NCBI GenBank assembly: GCA_030167865.1 | Contig: JALAGF010003770.1 | Span: 1 to 64,000, forward strand | From: Craspedostauros australis | Taxonomy: Eukaryota | DNA length: 64,000 nucleotides | Direction: 5' to 3' | Shown: one piece after another, positions 22,556 through 34,140 of the stretch | Layout: each line of letters begins with the position of its first letter | Numbering within the stretch: position 1 is the first letter of the stretch | Notes under the pieces: generated by a model | What the model was told of the DNA's origin: nothing | Seen by the model: only the letters and a program-made list of their open reading frames with translations | The model's database searches: none | Translations under genes and position numbers: made by a program

Positions 22556-24034
22556 ATGGTGCACGGCGATGAGCGTGATGATCGCTATGAGCGTGGCGTA
22601 TCCCATGATCATGGGTATGCCGAGACAGCAGACGGCCGCTTGCATCCCGACCATGGGAATTACCAAAACGCCCATCCCATGAGGAGAGATCCGTCATACG
22701 AAGGCCGACAGTCATTCTCGCATGATCCACGCCACGGCCCACCTGAACCTCAAGAGACCATGGCCAATGGCGGATCGTACTCGCCCCACGATGGTGAACA
22801 TCATCAAAATCACCGTCATGATCAGCGTCATGAGCAGCATCATGATCATCACTACAAAGGGCACGAGCATCATCCCTACCTTCCCGCCGCACACCTTCCG
22901 TATGATCACCAGCACGACTACCATCGTAGTCCGTATCTAGGCACCCGCGATGCCTCGCTGTATCGTCATCAGCAACTTCACAGCATGCCATCCGTCGACA
23001 ACCAGGATCGGCTGTCTACTTCGGTCTCCTCGTCATCACCACGACTGACATTGCCACCTCCAACATCACTGCCACCTCTGACGGTGGCGCCAAACCCTCC
23101 AGGCTACGAGCATGGAGGAGCCCCAGACCCTCAGCAAATGCCGATGCTGTATCAGCTGACTCCCATCACCTACCGAGCGCCCATCATCGACGTGCAACCA
23201 GAAGATGTGCTGTCGGGCCGTGGCGGTGCTACCAACGCGCACAGCGGCAATCGGTACTTCCGCAAGCTCGTCAAGGATTACCAAGGCAAATACCTCGAGG
23301 CCAAGAAGAAGGACAAGCCCGCGGTTGCTGAGATTGTCGTGGAGAAGATCCGAGCCAAAGGAGGCCGGTTCCTCAATCGTGAAAAGGAATCGTGGAAGGG
23401 CCAGGTGATGTGGTACGACATCGGCGACGAGAAAGCCAGGGAGAAGACTTGCCAGGCCTTGCGGGAGAATGCTCCCGAGCTGCGTCGCAAGCGCAAGGCA
23501 ACGCCTGGAGGCGAGGATGACTCGAAGCGATCCGATGCCTACCTGTCACCTTGCAGTGACGGTGCGAGCGCCAGCAAAAGCCAACGTTCCAGTCCCAATA
23601 TCCGTAGTACCACTACCAGTATTGGCAATAGTCCGCATGGCCACCCTGCGCAGACCACCCCGCGCTCGCGTGGCATGGTGGGTCAAGAGTACCAGGTCCG
23701 TAACGCAGTCAGCGATGAAGAGCCTCTCGTTATTCGACCTTCGGCATTGCTGATGAGACGCCGAGAAATGAAGGAGATCAAGCTCAAGGATTTGACCAAA
23801 GAGGAACGGGAGCTGTACCTGACAGACTTCCTCCCTCCGAGAGCAGGCGCTTCCTCCATCTCTACGTCGTCGTCATCGTCATCCCCACCAACACCATCGT
23901 TATCATCGTCGTCGCCGTTAGCGAAGCAGGAGCATAGTACGCTCGTTTCGTCAGCATCGAGAGACAGCCACTCTTTCCAGAATCCGTCGCAGGATGGCAG
24001 CCGTGCATCCACGTGGCAAGTTGCCTCCGTGTAG
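22556..24034 (+). CDS. DUF6824-domain protein (diatom-expanded family)
   Basis: Signature DVLSGRGGATNAHSGNRYFR...GGRFL...AREKTCQALRE, with a His-rich N-terminus and a Ser-rich C-terminus. Confidence 0.8.
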   Translation: MVHGDERDDRYERGVSHDHGYAETADGRLHPDHGNYQNAHPMRRDPSYEGRQSFSHDPRHGPPEPQETMANGGSYSPHDGEHHQNHRHDQRHEQHHDHHYKGHEHHPYLPAAHLPYDHQHDYHRSPYLGTRDASLYRHQQLHSMPSVDNQDRLSTSVSSSSPRLTLPPPTSLPPLTVAPNPPGYEHGGAPDPQQMPMLYQLTPITYRAPIIDVQPEDVLSGRGGATNAHSGNRYFRKLVKDYQGKYLEAKKKDKPAVAEIVVEKIRAKGGRFLNREKESWKGQVMWYDIGDEKAREKTCQALRENAPELRRKRKATPGGEDDSKRSDAYLSPCSDGASASKSQRSSPNIRSTTTSIGNSPHGHPAQTTPRSRGMVGQEYQVRNAVSDEEPLVIRPSALLMRRREMKEIKLKDLTKEERELYLTDFLPPRAGASSISTSSSSSSPPTPSLSSSSPLAKQEHSTLVSSASRDSHSFQNPSQDGSRASTWQVASV

Positions 24035-24163
24035 ACTCGGGAGAGAAAGAGAGCAAGTGGTTGCAAGCATTGGTCGCGTCGTGGCTGCGGAATACCTCCA
24101 TCCCATCCATCCATAAGTGTAGACGCCACGCAGTTAGATCTTGATCATCTCGTTTCTGTACGG

Positions 24164-24186
24164 GTGTGTGTGTGTGTGTGTGTGTG
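24164..24186. repeat. (GT)n dinucleotide microsatellite
   Basis: A run of about 11 GT units between the convergent DUF6824 and myosin 3' ends. Confidence 0.9.
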
Positions 24187-24363
24187 CATTGCGTGTTTGT
24201 GCGTGCATGAATATAGGCGAGCACGTGTGTGCTTGTGTGCATGTCTCTTCGCCTATCTTCTCTTTGTCTATTTCCCTGCCTTCCTGCCCATGCTCATGCT
24301 CACGCCCTGGCCCTTGTCCGTCTACACTCGTGCTGTTGTCTCTCTACGTTTCACTGTGCCGAT

Positions 24364-27300
24364 TCAAAGCAATATCTTCAAAGATTCGACCAGCGCGTCA
24401 GTCGCCGTCTTGCTTTGTTCACTCTGTGATACCATGGATAGCAAGTTCGCATTGAGTTGCTCCAGGTCGGGGTGGTCGCGGTACCGCGATTTTTTACCGT
24501 TTCGGCCATTGCTGCTGCTACTGTCGAGCTTCTTCTTCAGCTTCTTGTTCTCGGAGTGCAGCGTAGCCGCATAGGCTTCGGACTCCTTGAGGCGTTCCTG
24601 CAGCATCCTCATCGCATTCCTTGCTGATTCCAACTCCTTTCGAAGATCTTCTGCCTGCTCCTCTGCCACAGCTGCCCTGTCTGCTGTGCTTTCTGCAGTT
24701 GCCAGTCGATCGTTGAGATCTCCCACCTCCTTCGTCTTCGCCTTGACTGTTTCGCGTGCCACTGCTGCCGCCTTGTCCGATCTGATCGCAACCGACAAGG
24801 CCTCGCCCTGCAGCTTGGATGATTCGCGCTGCTTCTCCATCACGGTGTTCTTAAACTTCGCCTGCGCAATGAAGCGGCGGAATGTGGATTGGATCACGAC
24901 AGCGCTGGAGAATGCCAATTGCTTGGCCTCCTGCTCCTTCAAGTGTGCTTCGTGCATTGCCTCGTACACAGCCCGATCGCGCCTCCCTCTCGCAAATCGT
25001 TGTGCTGTGATCGCCAGAATTTTGTACTTTTGGAAAAGACTGCGGGCCTTGGATTGACGTGCCTTGCTCTGGATGCGAATCGCCGCCTTCACTCTGCGAT
25101 GGTGGATCATGATCTTGCAAGCAAAGTGTCTGCGGACGCAGGATTGGACCACGATGATTCGGCGCAGATCGCGTTCACGTTCTGACCGCACAAGATACCC
25201 ACGGGCAATGCGCTGCAGGACTGTGCTCGCCTTGTTTAGTTGGTCAGTTCGATATTTCTCCAAATACTCGAACGCGAATTGGCGTAGGAATACCTTGGAT
25301 TTTCCCGTTTGAATTCCGACGGCTGCCTCGCAGTTTTCGGGAGGATCCTTCTTGCGATTCTTGGATTTCCATATCTTGAGCGCCACCTTCCTGACGAGGG
25401 TATCAATCTTACGATCATCAGCCGCCGACGCAACCTGCTTCAGAGCGATGAAACGATAGCGTTGAAGAAAATCCTGGCGCATGTACCGTTGTGAGTAACC
25501 TGCCCGCGAAACACGGATGGCCTCCAGCACACCAGCGTAGCGTAGTTGGTCTGCCACCATGGCGTGCTCATATTTCGCCGGCTCGAGGGTCTGGTTTGGT
25601 TTGAGGCATCGGATGTAGTGCGGCGTACTGCTTTCGATCCTCCGGCGCAAGTTCTTGAGCTGTGACGAGAATTGGCCGCCGACGGTGGGTCGTTTCTTCT
25701 TTTTTGACATGCGGCCAGGGATATCCACACCCCCACCAGCACCGCGGTTATTGCTGCTGCCACCTGCAACGCCGCTCTCACTGCTGCTCTCAATGATCTT
25801 GCCCAAAAGCTGAACAAAGCTTTTTGATGATGATTCGAGCATTGTCGCGGCACCACGTGGCGTCTCGTCCTTGTTCTTCTCCACAAATCCGTCGCAATAG
25901 TACAGCACAGGTCCTGCGTAATGATCAACGATGAATTGCTTCTTGCCTTTGTGCAGGGCCTTGCCAAGAAATCTGGAATGGACCTCCACTTGCTTGTACA
26001 TAGAATCCACGAAGGACTTGTCTGTTCCTCTGGGCGTCCGGCAGGTGTCGGTGAGGATGGACAGCACGCCGACCTTTCCGTCAATCAGGTCGATGACATC
26101 CTGGTTGTCTGGGAACTCGATGAACTCCCATGCCACGCCTGCGCACATGTCCCGTTTCGTATCAAAGGCCGGAATAGTGGCGCATTGAATGCACCATTGT
26201 TGTTGTTGGCGTTGTTGCTTGTTGTGAGAACATTAGTGTGGCAGGTACTTCGCACAGTGCACAGAGCATATGATTGACTGACGATTGATACAAAATGCGC
26301 GCAAGGACAAGCCTCTCGAGAAGATATTCTGCTCGCAGTGCTCGTATTTCACACCAATGAAGATTCCCATTCTCACGACGACGACGACGACGACGACATC
26401 AGGAAAAAGAAAAACGCAGAAGAAGCAACCACCAGCATCTACGGCCATCGCAACAGCCATACTAGCGGAGCACGTACCTTCTCGCTGATACTCCTCCTGC
26501 TCCGTTTTGAAAATGAATGTGTTGAATTGCTGCTGCAAGGCTTCGTTGCAGTAGTTGATACAAAGCTGCTCGAACGAATTGACTTGAAACGATTCGAATC
26601 CAAAGATATCCAACACGCTGATGGAAGCTGCCTTGCGCTCCGACTTGTGAATATGCGTCCCTGGTTTGGGTCGAAAGTCGATCTTCTTGTTGACGGTCTG
26701 GACGATGAAGCTGAACATGGCACCGTAAGCTGCCTTGATGAACGCCTCCAGAGTCTTGTGCGCTCCTTCCGCGTTGAGCCGTCGCGTGTAGGATGAATTC
26801 CCAACATCGATCTCGTACTCTGTCATGGCAGCATTGAACATGTCTTTGTCGAGCCCCAGCAAATCGAGGACGACGGCCAAATGGGGATTGGAGGCATCGA
26901 TGCTCGATGAATCCTCCGTCAACGCCAGGAATGTGAGATTTGACGCATGCAAGAATGCCGCGATGCAGGCAAACAAATCCTGCTGCATCTGCGGATCGAA
27001 GCCCATGGTGCCCATAGCAAATACTAGTTCATCAAACAGCTCCGCATCGTTGGCCCCATCACGTCTGTCGAAGGTGCCTGATCCATTCGTGAGTTTGAAG
27101 TCCTTCGCAGTAAAATTGTTCAACTGGTACGTCTGGCGATCGCTTGGTTCCGTCGTCCCTTCCAGGAATTCGTAGAAGATGTGGAAATTACGTTCACCTT
27201 CCATCAGATGCACCAACCGGACCTTTTCCAGGAGATACGTGTCGATGTTGGCCCCGATGATGGATCCCGATTCTTTGAACTGCAGCTCGATGAATTTCCC

Positions 27301-29273
27301 AAACCGTGACGAGTTGTCGTTGCGCACCGTGCGTGCATTTCCGAAGGATTCCAGTATCGGATTGGATTCAAGGACTGTTGGGGGACAGCAGTGTCGAGCA
27401 AAGCAAAGCAAAGTAGAGTGGAGTGTGAGTAGCGTCGCGTCGAGTAGCATGAGCATGAAATTCATATGTTCGTATCGTAGTATCACCACCATCGTGTGTT
27501 CATTGTGGCGCGCGCACTTGTGAGTAACGCGAATGATCTTTCGTCATGCATATGCCTTATCCCTCGTGTGTGGATCATGAGCGAGTAAGTTGCTGCACGG
27601 AGAACTTCTTCCATCATTGCACACTCAATAGTAGCGCTGTCGAGCAGCATCACCGTTCGCATTGACCATGCGTTGCATTGTCAGCACTTACTCCGCTCCT
27701 CGATCATTGCGCCTGCCTTCCAGGAATGTCCTCTGGAATTACCACCCGCCTTGGATGTCTCCTTGGATGTGGATAGTCCCGGCCGTGACGTGGAACTTTG
27801 GCGACGGCGTTCCATGGAGGCATGCAAGGATGAATTGAGATCCACCAGGTCTCCGCTGTTGGTGCGAGGCAGCTCCCTCCGTCCTGGACTCGCCTCTCGC
27901 CGTTTGCGCCGTTTCTTTTCGAACTCCGCCTTGCGATGGCTCAGGGATGCCAGATATTTCATGGCGTGCTTGGTGGTGACGGTCTTGCCTGCGCCGGACT
28001 CTCCACTGACCAGCAAAGATTGGTTGACTTGCACGAACGTCCCGCTTGCACTGGTATCGTCATTGGATTCTTCGGCAGTGGAACCTGCCTTGTTCTTGCC
28101 TTTGATTGGTGACGCTGTTGCCGTTACTGCTTCGCTGTTCTTGTGCTGCGCATCAACCATTTCGTTTTGTCTTTGCGTATCGATCGCCTGCATCATCGAT
28201 CTGAAGGCGCGATGTGATGATTGGAAGATGTGCGGTCTCATGGTGCCGTCCTTGTTTTGGAAGGCACGTTTCTTGCTGCTACTGCTGCTGTTTCCTGCCG
28301 TCTTGGACGATTTACCTCCCTTCACCTTCTCGCTGTGCATCCAGTACTCGTTCATGACGGACTCATCGTACAGACGCGGTATGCGTTTGAAGGGGTTGAG
28401 CGCCAGCAGGATGGGACCCGTCGCAGTGTAGATGATGTCGCTTTGGTACCGGCGTTCCAGCGCGCAAACCACCGCAGGCTCATGGAGATGGGTCAAGGTG
28501 ATGAGGTCATCCGGTGGCAGCACAATCCGCTTCGCTTTGGTCTTGGACTTGGACGACGTTGACGACGAACCGGCTGTGGAAGAGGACTTGGTCCTCTTCG
28601 GGGAACCCACGCTCGACTTTGACGACTTGCTTGGCGTCGGCGATTTGTCCCTGCTTCTCTTATCCTTGCCTGCATTTGACGCCGACGAGGAAACAGCAGA
28701 CAAGGCCTCCACTTCCTTGGCTGACCATTCGTTCGCCATGAGGATGGGAAGCTCCTGCCGATCGCCCGCCTTGCCTCCGCTGCTGCTCGACGAATACGGA
28801 GGCCTCGGTTTCGGCTTGGCAAACAGCGCGCTGGACAGCACGAGGACTTCATCGAAGTACGACGAGGTCGGTTCCGCCACACGCACGGTCAGGCCTTCCG
28901 TTTCGTATCTGGCAAGATCTCCCGACATGATCTGGCAGCGCACCCATGAGAATGCACCGCCGCTGCGATCCAAGTCGATGGAGGCCGACGAGAGGCTGGA
29001 GTTGAGGCGCGACCGCGTGAAGCGCTCCTTTTTGGCAGTCGAGGGCGACATGACGATGCCTCGGAAGCCTATGGCCGCCGACGCTGCTGCCGGGGTTGGC
29101 GACAGCGGCGATTGCAATGGCCCTCCTCGGGATGCACCAGACTTTCCGCTGCCATTGCCATTGCCATTGCTGTTAGTGGCGCTGCTTTTGGTAGCATCCT
29201 GGCCAACCTCTGCCGACTTCTTCTGCTTGTCCAGGAGAGAAGTCCGAACCCAGATCGCCGTCTTTGCAACCAT
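24364..29273 (-). CDS. Myosin heavy chain (motor, IQ motifs, short coiled coil), 3 exons
   Basis: Exons 29273-27692, 27374-26478 and 26138-24364. Motifs: DDLITLTHLHEPAV, P-loop GESGAGKT, switch I NDNSSRFGKF, switch II DIFGFE, and HYIRCLKPN. About five IQ-like motifs (e.g. LQRIARGYLVR, IQSTFRRFIAQ) precede a coiled-coil tail. Confidence 0.92.
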
Positions 29274-30033
29274 CCCGCTGATTCGGCTTTCGTCCTCCTT
29301 CCTCCTTGGTTCCTTCGCCGTCTGCCTCCTTTGTGTCCTGCGCTGGTTGTCGCCCTTGCCGCTATAGCCACTGGGCCGTTCCAGCTTTCCGTGCGGATGA
29401 TGGAAGTGTGCAATTGGATGTGATTGGATATGAATGGATGCGAGAAGATCTCTTGCTGGCTGAATGCTCTGTGCTCCGCTCTTCCCTGGGTGTCCTGCCG
29501 CTGCTGCCGATGCCGCTCTGTTTCTCCCTCCGCGCGCACTCTTCCGTGATTGACACAGCGCCCAAGGAGAAGCGTTCTGGCTCCGCGGTTTGTGCCCTCG
29601 AATTGCCACCGCCAGGTTTTGTCACGCTGTTGTTGCGCAAGACACACACGATTGAAGAGTGATGCGAGGTGTTTACAATCCCTGACTCGTTCGACCACAT
29701 ATGCTCGTGATGGAGCACGAAACAAGACCCAATCAATACAACTCACCGCAACTTCCACAACATCGCTTCGTTCGTCACAAAACCAGCGCAACGCCGAAGC
29801 CATTGCGGATGAGACACGATGACGCCATCGCGCACTCCACACAACGTGAATTGTTGTTGATGAAGAAAGATCGTGCACCACACCATCGACCTCTTTCCAT
29901 TCTGATCAGACGACACGACATCGGAGGTGGAGCATTGTGGAGTGTATCATTGCACTTTCAAGAACGGCACCATACGCTGCACTGCACTGCACTACACTAC
30001 AACACACCCTAGACAACAGACGACGAAAGAAAG

Positions 30034-31375
30034 ATGAGGTCGACTTCGTGCAACACGAGCGTGATGTTCATGGTCGCTCAGCTCGTGGTGACGTCGTTGG
30101 ACGTGACGAAGGCGTTCACTGCTGTGACGACGACACCCGTGGGAAGCACGAGGATGTCCACCGCCAGCCATGCGTTGACGGAACGCCAGATGCAGTTCTG
30201 GGAGGATGTGGAAGATGGCTTGAAGGACATCGAAGGCTTTTATTCCAAGCAAGGCGAGAACATCGATCGAATTTGGCAGTTCACCAAGAGGTACGGATCG
30301 TTTTATTCGTGGTGGTAGTTGTGGCGGTGGAAATGCTGGTGATAATCGTGGTGATAGCTGTGGTGGCGATCACACTATTCGTACAGCGCTGTCGATAAGA
30401 GGTGCGGTTGGTCCGAATGGATGTGTGCGTGCATGCGTGTGTGGTTCTGTGAAGGTCAGCAGGTTGTTGTCGCAATCCAATGTTGAAGAAGCTTGCACCT
30501 GAATTCACATCGTTTATCTCCCTTGTCTTTCCGGTTGACATCATAACTTTCTCACTCCGCTCTGCTCTGTTCGATAAACTTGCTCACGCCATCGCAGCGC
30601 ACAAGGTAAGGTGGAAGCGCCAAAGGGATATGCTGAGGGACACGATCCATCCGAAGAACATGTTGATGGACTGACTGCCAAGCCATTCTGGGACGTCCTC
30701 GACGAACCAGAGGAATACTTCCCATGGGCCAAGAATCTGGAAGAAAACTTTGGAATCATTCAGAAGGAGTTCGATGCCAAACTCAAACGCGACGAACAGT
30801 TGTTCAGTTCCGACAGCGCCTGGCAAAACCAGGTCATGGGCAAGGGCTGGTCCGCCATCCGTTTGCAGCGGCTGGGTGTTTGGAACGTGGAAAATTGCAA
30901 GGAGTTCCCGGAAACCTACGAGTTGCTGCGTTCTTTGTCCATCCCGTTCGCCGTGCGCGGTGTTTGCTTCGCGCGTCAGTCGCCAGGATCCGGCGTGCAA
31001 CCTCATTCGGATGGTCGCAACTTCATCCTCACGTCGCATCTGGGTGTGAAGATTCCAAAGGACTGCTGGATGGAGGTCGGCGGAGAACGTCGCGGATGGG
31101 AGGAGGGAAAGCTTACCACGATCGACACCTCCTTCACGCATTCGACGGGCAACCCGACCGAAGAGGATCGCCATGTGCTCATCATCGATTATTGGCATCC
31201 GGAGTTGACGCAGGCCGAGACGGCGGCGTTGGAGTTCGTGTACGATCTGCGAAACAAGTTCGAGAGCGGGCTGGTACCATTCCGACAGCCACGATCATTG
31301 CAAGCCCAGGAAGCCGGCGGCCTTGGTGGTTGGTGGAAGAGCGTGACCGGCGGTGGAAACGATGACGATGAATGA
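30034..31375 (+). CDS. Aspartyl/asparaginyl beta-hydroxylase-domain 2OG-Fe(II) dioxygenase, probably plastid-targeted, 2 exons
   Basis: Exons 30034-30290 and 30598-31375. Motifs: PHSDGRNFILTSHLG (HxD), IDTSFTHST (distal His) and RHVLIIDYWHPEL. Signal peptide ending TKA-FT. Confidence 0.85.
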
Positions 31376-31856
31376 AGCTATTCCACCAGACTCCGACACC
31401 CATAACCAGTGTGCAGCAGCAATATCTTTACCGGCAACACAAGCAAGTGGTATGCTCGCTAGATTAAGTGTTTGCAGAATTCAAATACAAACTGAATGGA
31501 CTAATGGTAACTTGTGACCTCATCGGCTTGGTTTGGTTCATCTCCATTCTACAATGATTTGGCAACACCATCTCTGACCAATATCACATAGCACTTCGCT
31601 GGAACTCCTTGGTGGTGTTTCGTTTCCCTACCAATACTCCAATCTTGATCTGTGACGGCGATCATTCTTCAAGCAACCAATGTATGCATTGACCAGAGAG
31701 AGGGAGAGTCGCCCCTGCTCATGAATCATAGCCGTCTCGCCGTTCCAGTCATTCTCATTCTCCACGAGTATTCCTCTGGTCGCACAGAGAGAGAGAAGCC
31801 TCCTTCCTTGAGAGAGATGTCTCTTCTCTTTCTAGACAATAGAATAGAGTAGGATC

Positions 31857-32261
31857 CTAACCCTTCTTCCCAAAGATGATATCCGGCACCTGCTCCAGAT
31901 CGAACTTGTCGTACACTGCTGCGTACGCAAGACCTCCGGCAACAGCACCGCCAACGATGCCTCCGATCCTTCCGCGCCGAAGACCCATGAGGAGGGCACC
32001 GGACAGCGTGCTGCCGCCGATGATCTCGTACGGGTATTCCTTGCGTCGGTTGTAGGTGTGCACGACCTGCTTGCCAGCCTTTGTGGATTCCTCCTTGACG
32101 GTCTGCCATGTGGACTGGACTGGCTTGCGTGTCTTCTCTGTGGCGTCCTGCAGCTGGCTCAGCGCGTCGTTCGTTGTGCACACGGTGGACTTGATTCCAT
32201 TGCGGATCGTCTTGAGGATCTCCTTCGGGTCCATGCTTGGCTTCTTGGGGTCGTCGCTCAT
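31857..32261 (-). CDS. Small protein (134 aa) with an amphipathic N-terminus and two Gly-rich hydrophobic segments flanking RRGR
   Basis: The GC3-rich part of the ORF starts at MSDDPKKPS. It contains IIGGSTLSGALLMGL-RRGR-IGGIVGGAVAGGLAYAAVY. Confidence 0.6.
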   Translation of the reverse strand: MSDDPKKPSMDPKEILKTIRNGIKSTVCTTNDALSQLQDATEKTRKPVQSTWQTVKEESTKAGKQVVHTYNRRKEYPYEIIGGSTLSGALLMGLRRGRIGGIVGGAVAGGLAYAAVYDKFDLEQVPDIIFGKKG

Positions 32262-32698
32262 GATGCCAGGTTCGTAAAGTAGAGTATGTGAAGTGTTGGT
32301 ATCGTGATGGGTTGTTTGTTGTTGTGTGTGGACTCTCTTGTGTTTGGGTTTGTTTCTCTGGGTTTGATGCGGATTCGGTTCTTGAGTTGGTTCACGAGGC
32401 CTGCACGACCGATGATTCGTTTTGCGCTTGTTGGGTGTTGCGTCAAAGACGATGGCGCAGAATGGGTTCGGTTGGAGCTTGTTCAGCCCCTTTCTATTCG
32501 TGGATTCTCGATGAGTGGCAAAGATTGGCACGTTGCGCGCCATTTCGTATCTTTCCCCTCGCACACATGAGAGGATGGCATCAGGAAAGGCACAGCAAAC
32601 AGAAGCAGGGAGGGCTGCATGGTATTGACGTCAGCCTTAGGTCCATTGCATACGTGTGGTCATGTCATAGTATTTGCAATTCCAATACGAACAACAAG

Positions 32699-33700
32699 AT
32701 GCGGATCGGATCGAAGGCAATCTCAAATGTACTCGTGTTCTCCAAGCGTTGCCCGGCCATGAGAATGAAGCGGCAGCAGCATGAATGGCCGCGATGGAAG
32801 TTGACGCAGCACTGCATGGTGGCGCTGGCTGCTTCCGAAGGATGGATGGGCTCTGTCCAAGCAGCTTATTCGCCTCATCATTGCGACGGCCGACGTGGGC
32901 ACACAACAGGCATCACGCAAAGGAATGCATCAGCGTGGGAACCCGGCTTGATGCCCGGCTTCGCTCGCGGCACAGTCAATCATCCGCCCGGCCCACGGAC
33001 AACCACAAGCACAAGGTTGTTCTCCGTTTCCGCCTATTCAGGGACCCCGTCGGACGGAAAGGCGGGGATCGAGAGTTTGGCTCCGTTTCCGTTGCACACG
33101 ACGTTGCCAAATGTACACGATGGAACGGCTGCGCACGTCGAAGTGGGTACGTTCGATTCCATGGAGGATGTCGAAGCAGGCAGGCGGCTGATGAACGATG
33201 TCATCGTGGAAGGCAAGGCGTGGCCGTTCGAACCGCTCTTTGAAGATGAGACCAGTTTCCGCGGGTACTTCTTGAGCCACACGGCATTCGTGGTGAGGGA
33301 CACCACAACGCAGAAGGTGCTGGGCAGCTTCTATATCAAGCCCAACTTCCCAGGGAGGTGCAGTCACATCTGCAACGGCGGCTTCATCGTGGATCCGTCC
33401 ATACGGGGTCACCGTGTCGGCACACTCATGGGATCCTGCTTCCTGCTGTACGCGAAGCAGCTGGGATTCAAGGGTAGCTATTTCAACCTCGTGTTTGCAT
33501 CCAACCACGCCTCCATCAAGCTGTGGGAGCGCCTTGGATTTCAGCGCGTCGCGGCCATACCCAACGCCGCTCGGTTGGAGGGAATGCCCGTCGATGAAAC
33601 GACAGGAGAACCTGTGTTGGATACGGCGTACGGATACTACTACAATCTGGAGGAACTTCCCGATGACTACAATCCTCTTGATGCGTTGTCCATGACATGA
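32699..33700 (+). CDS. GNAT N-acetyltransferase, Mpr1/Spt10-like
   Basis: Motifs: LGSFYIKPNFPGRCSHICNGGF, RGHRVG (acetyl-CoA binding) and FNLVFASNHASIKLWERLGF. The start is uncertain; there is a long N-terminal extension. Confidence 0.8.
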   Translation: MRIGSKAISNVLVFSKRCPAMRMKRQQHEWPRWKLTQHCMVALAASEGWMGSVQAAYSPHHCDGRRGHTTGITQRNASAWEPGLMPGFARGTVNHPPGPRTTTSTRLFSVSAYSGTPSDGKAGIESLAPFPLHTTLPNVHDGTAAHVEVGTFDSMEDVEAGRRLMNDVIVEGKAWPFEPLFEDETSFRGYFLSHTAFVVRDTTTQKVLGSFYIKPNFPGRCSHICNGGFIVDPSIRGHRVGTLMGSCFLLYAKQLGFKGSYFNLVFASNHASIKLWERLGFQRVAAIPNAARLEGMPVDETTGEPVLDTAYGYYYNLEELPDDYNPLDALSMT

Positions 33701-34140
33701 AAAAGATCAAGCGGTCATGTCAGTTCATCTCTGAGCATCGTAGTAAAAGTATTGGAACCTTCCCTCTCCAACGTGTATACCGTAGTAGAGCACCGACGGA
33801 GGGGCGTGTATGCCACGGTACGTCTTGATTGAATCGCATGGTCTATTATGCTATTATTATCTATGATTTTGATCATAGAGATTCCTTGGGACGTCCTTCC
33901 AAGACGAAGGTATCTCATTGAGTGTTTGGTGGGTTGAGGGATGTGTAATGTATTGGTATTGATATTGGCATCGGTATAGCCGAGAGCCCTTCTGGAGACA
34001 GATAACAGCAATAACGTTGTGCTGTGGCTCCGATGCACCTTCGAAGGCAAAAAGAAGGTGTGCATCACATTGCATTGCATTGTGCATTGCAATGTGATTG
34101 TTGATTGTGCGTGGCTGCAGTATGCTTGCTCGACGTGAGC

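Noticed and set aside
28432-29367. 311-aa plus-strand ORF, and similar long antisense ORFs at 7706-8827, 44094-44993 and 49955-50926
   Set aside because: They are antisense shadows of GC3-rich genes (myosin, PTEN-like, GYF, GH28) and have no motifs of their own.
32626-32633. TGACGTCA bZIP/CRE-type palindrome between divergent genes
   Set aside because: A single 8-mer is expected about once by chance in 64 kb, so it cannot be supported as functional.
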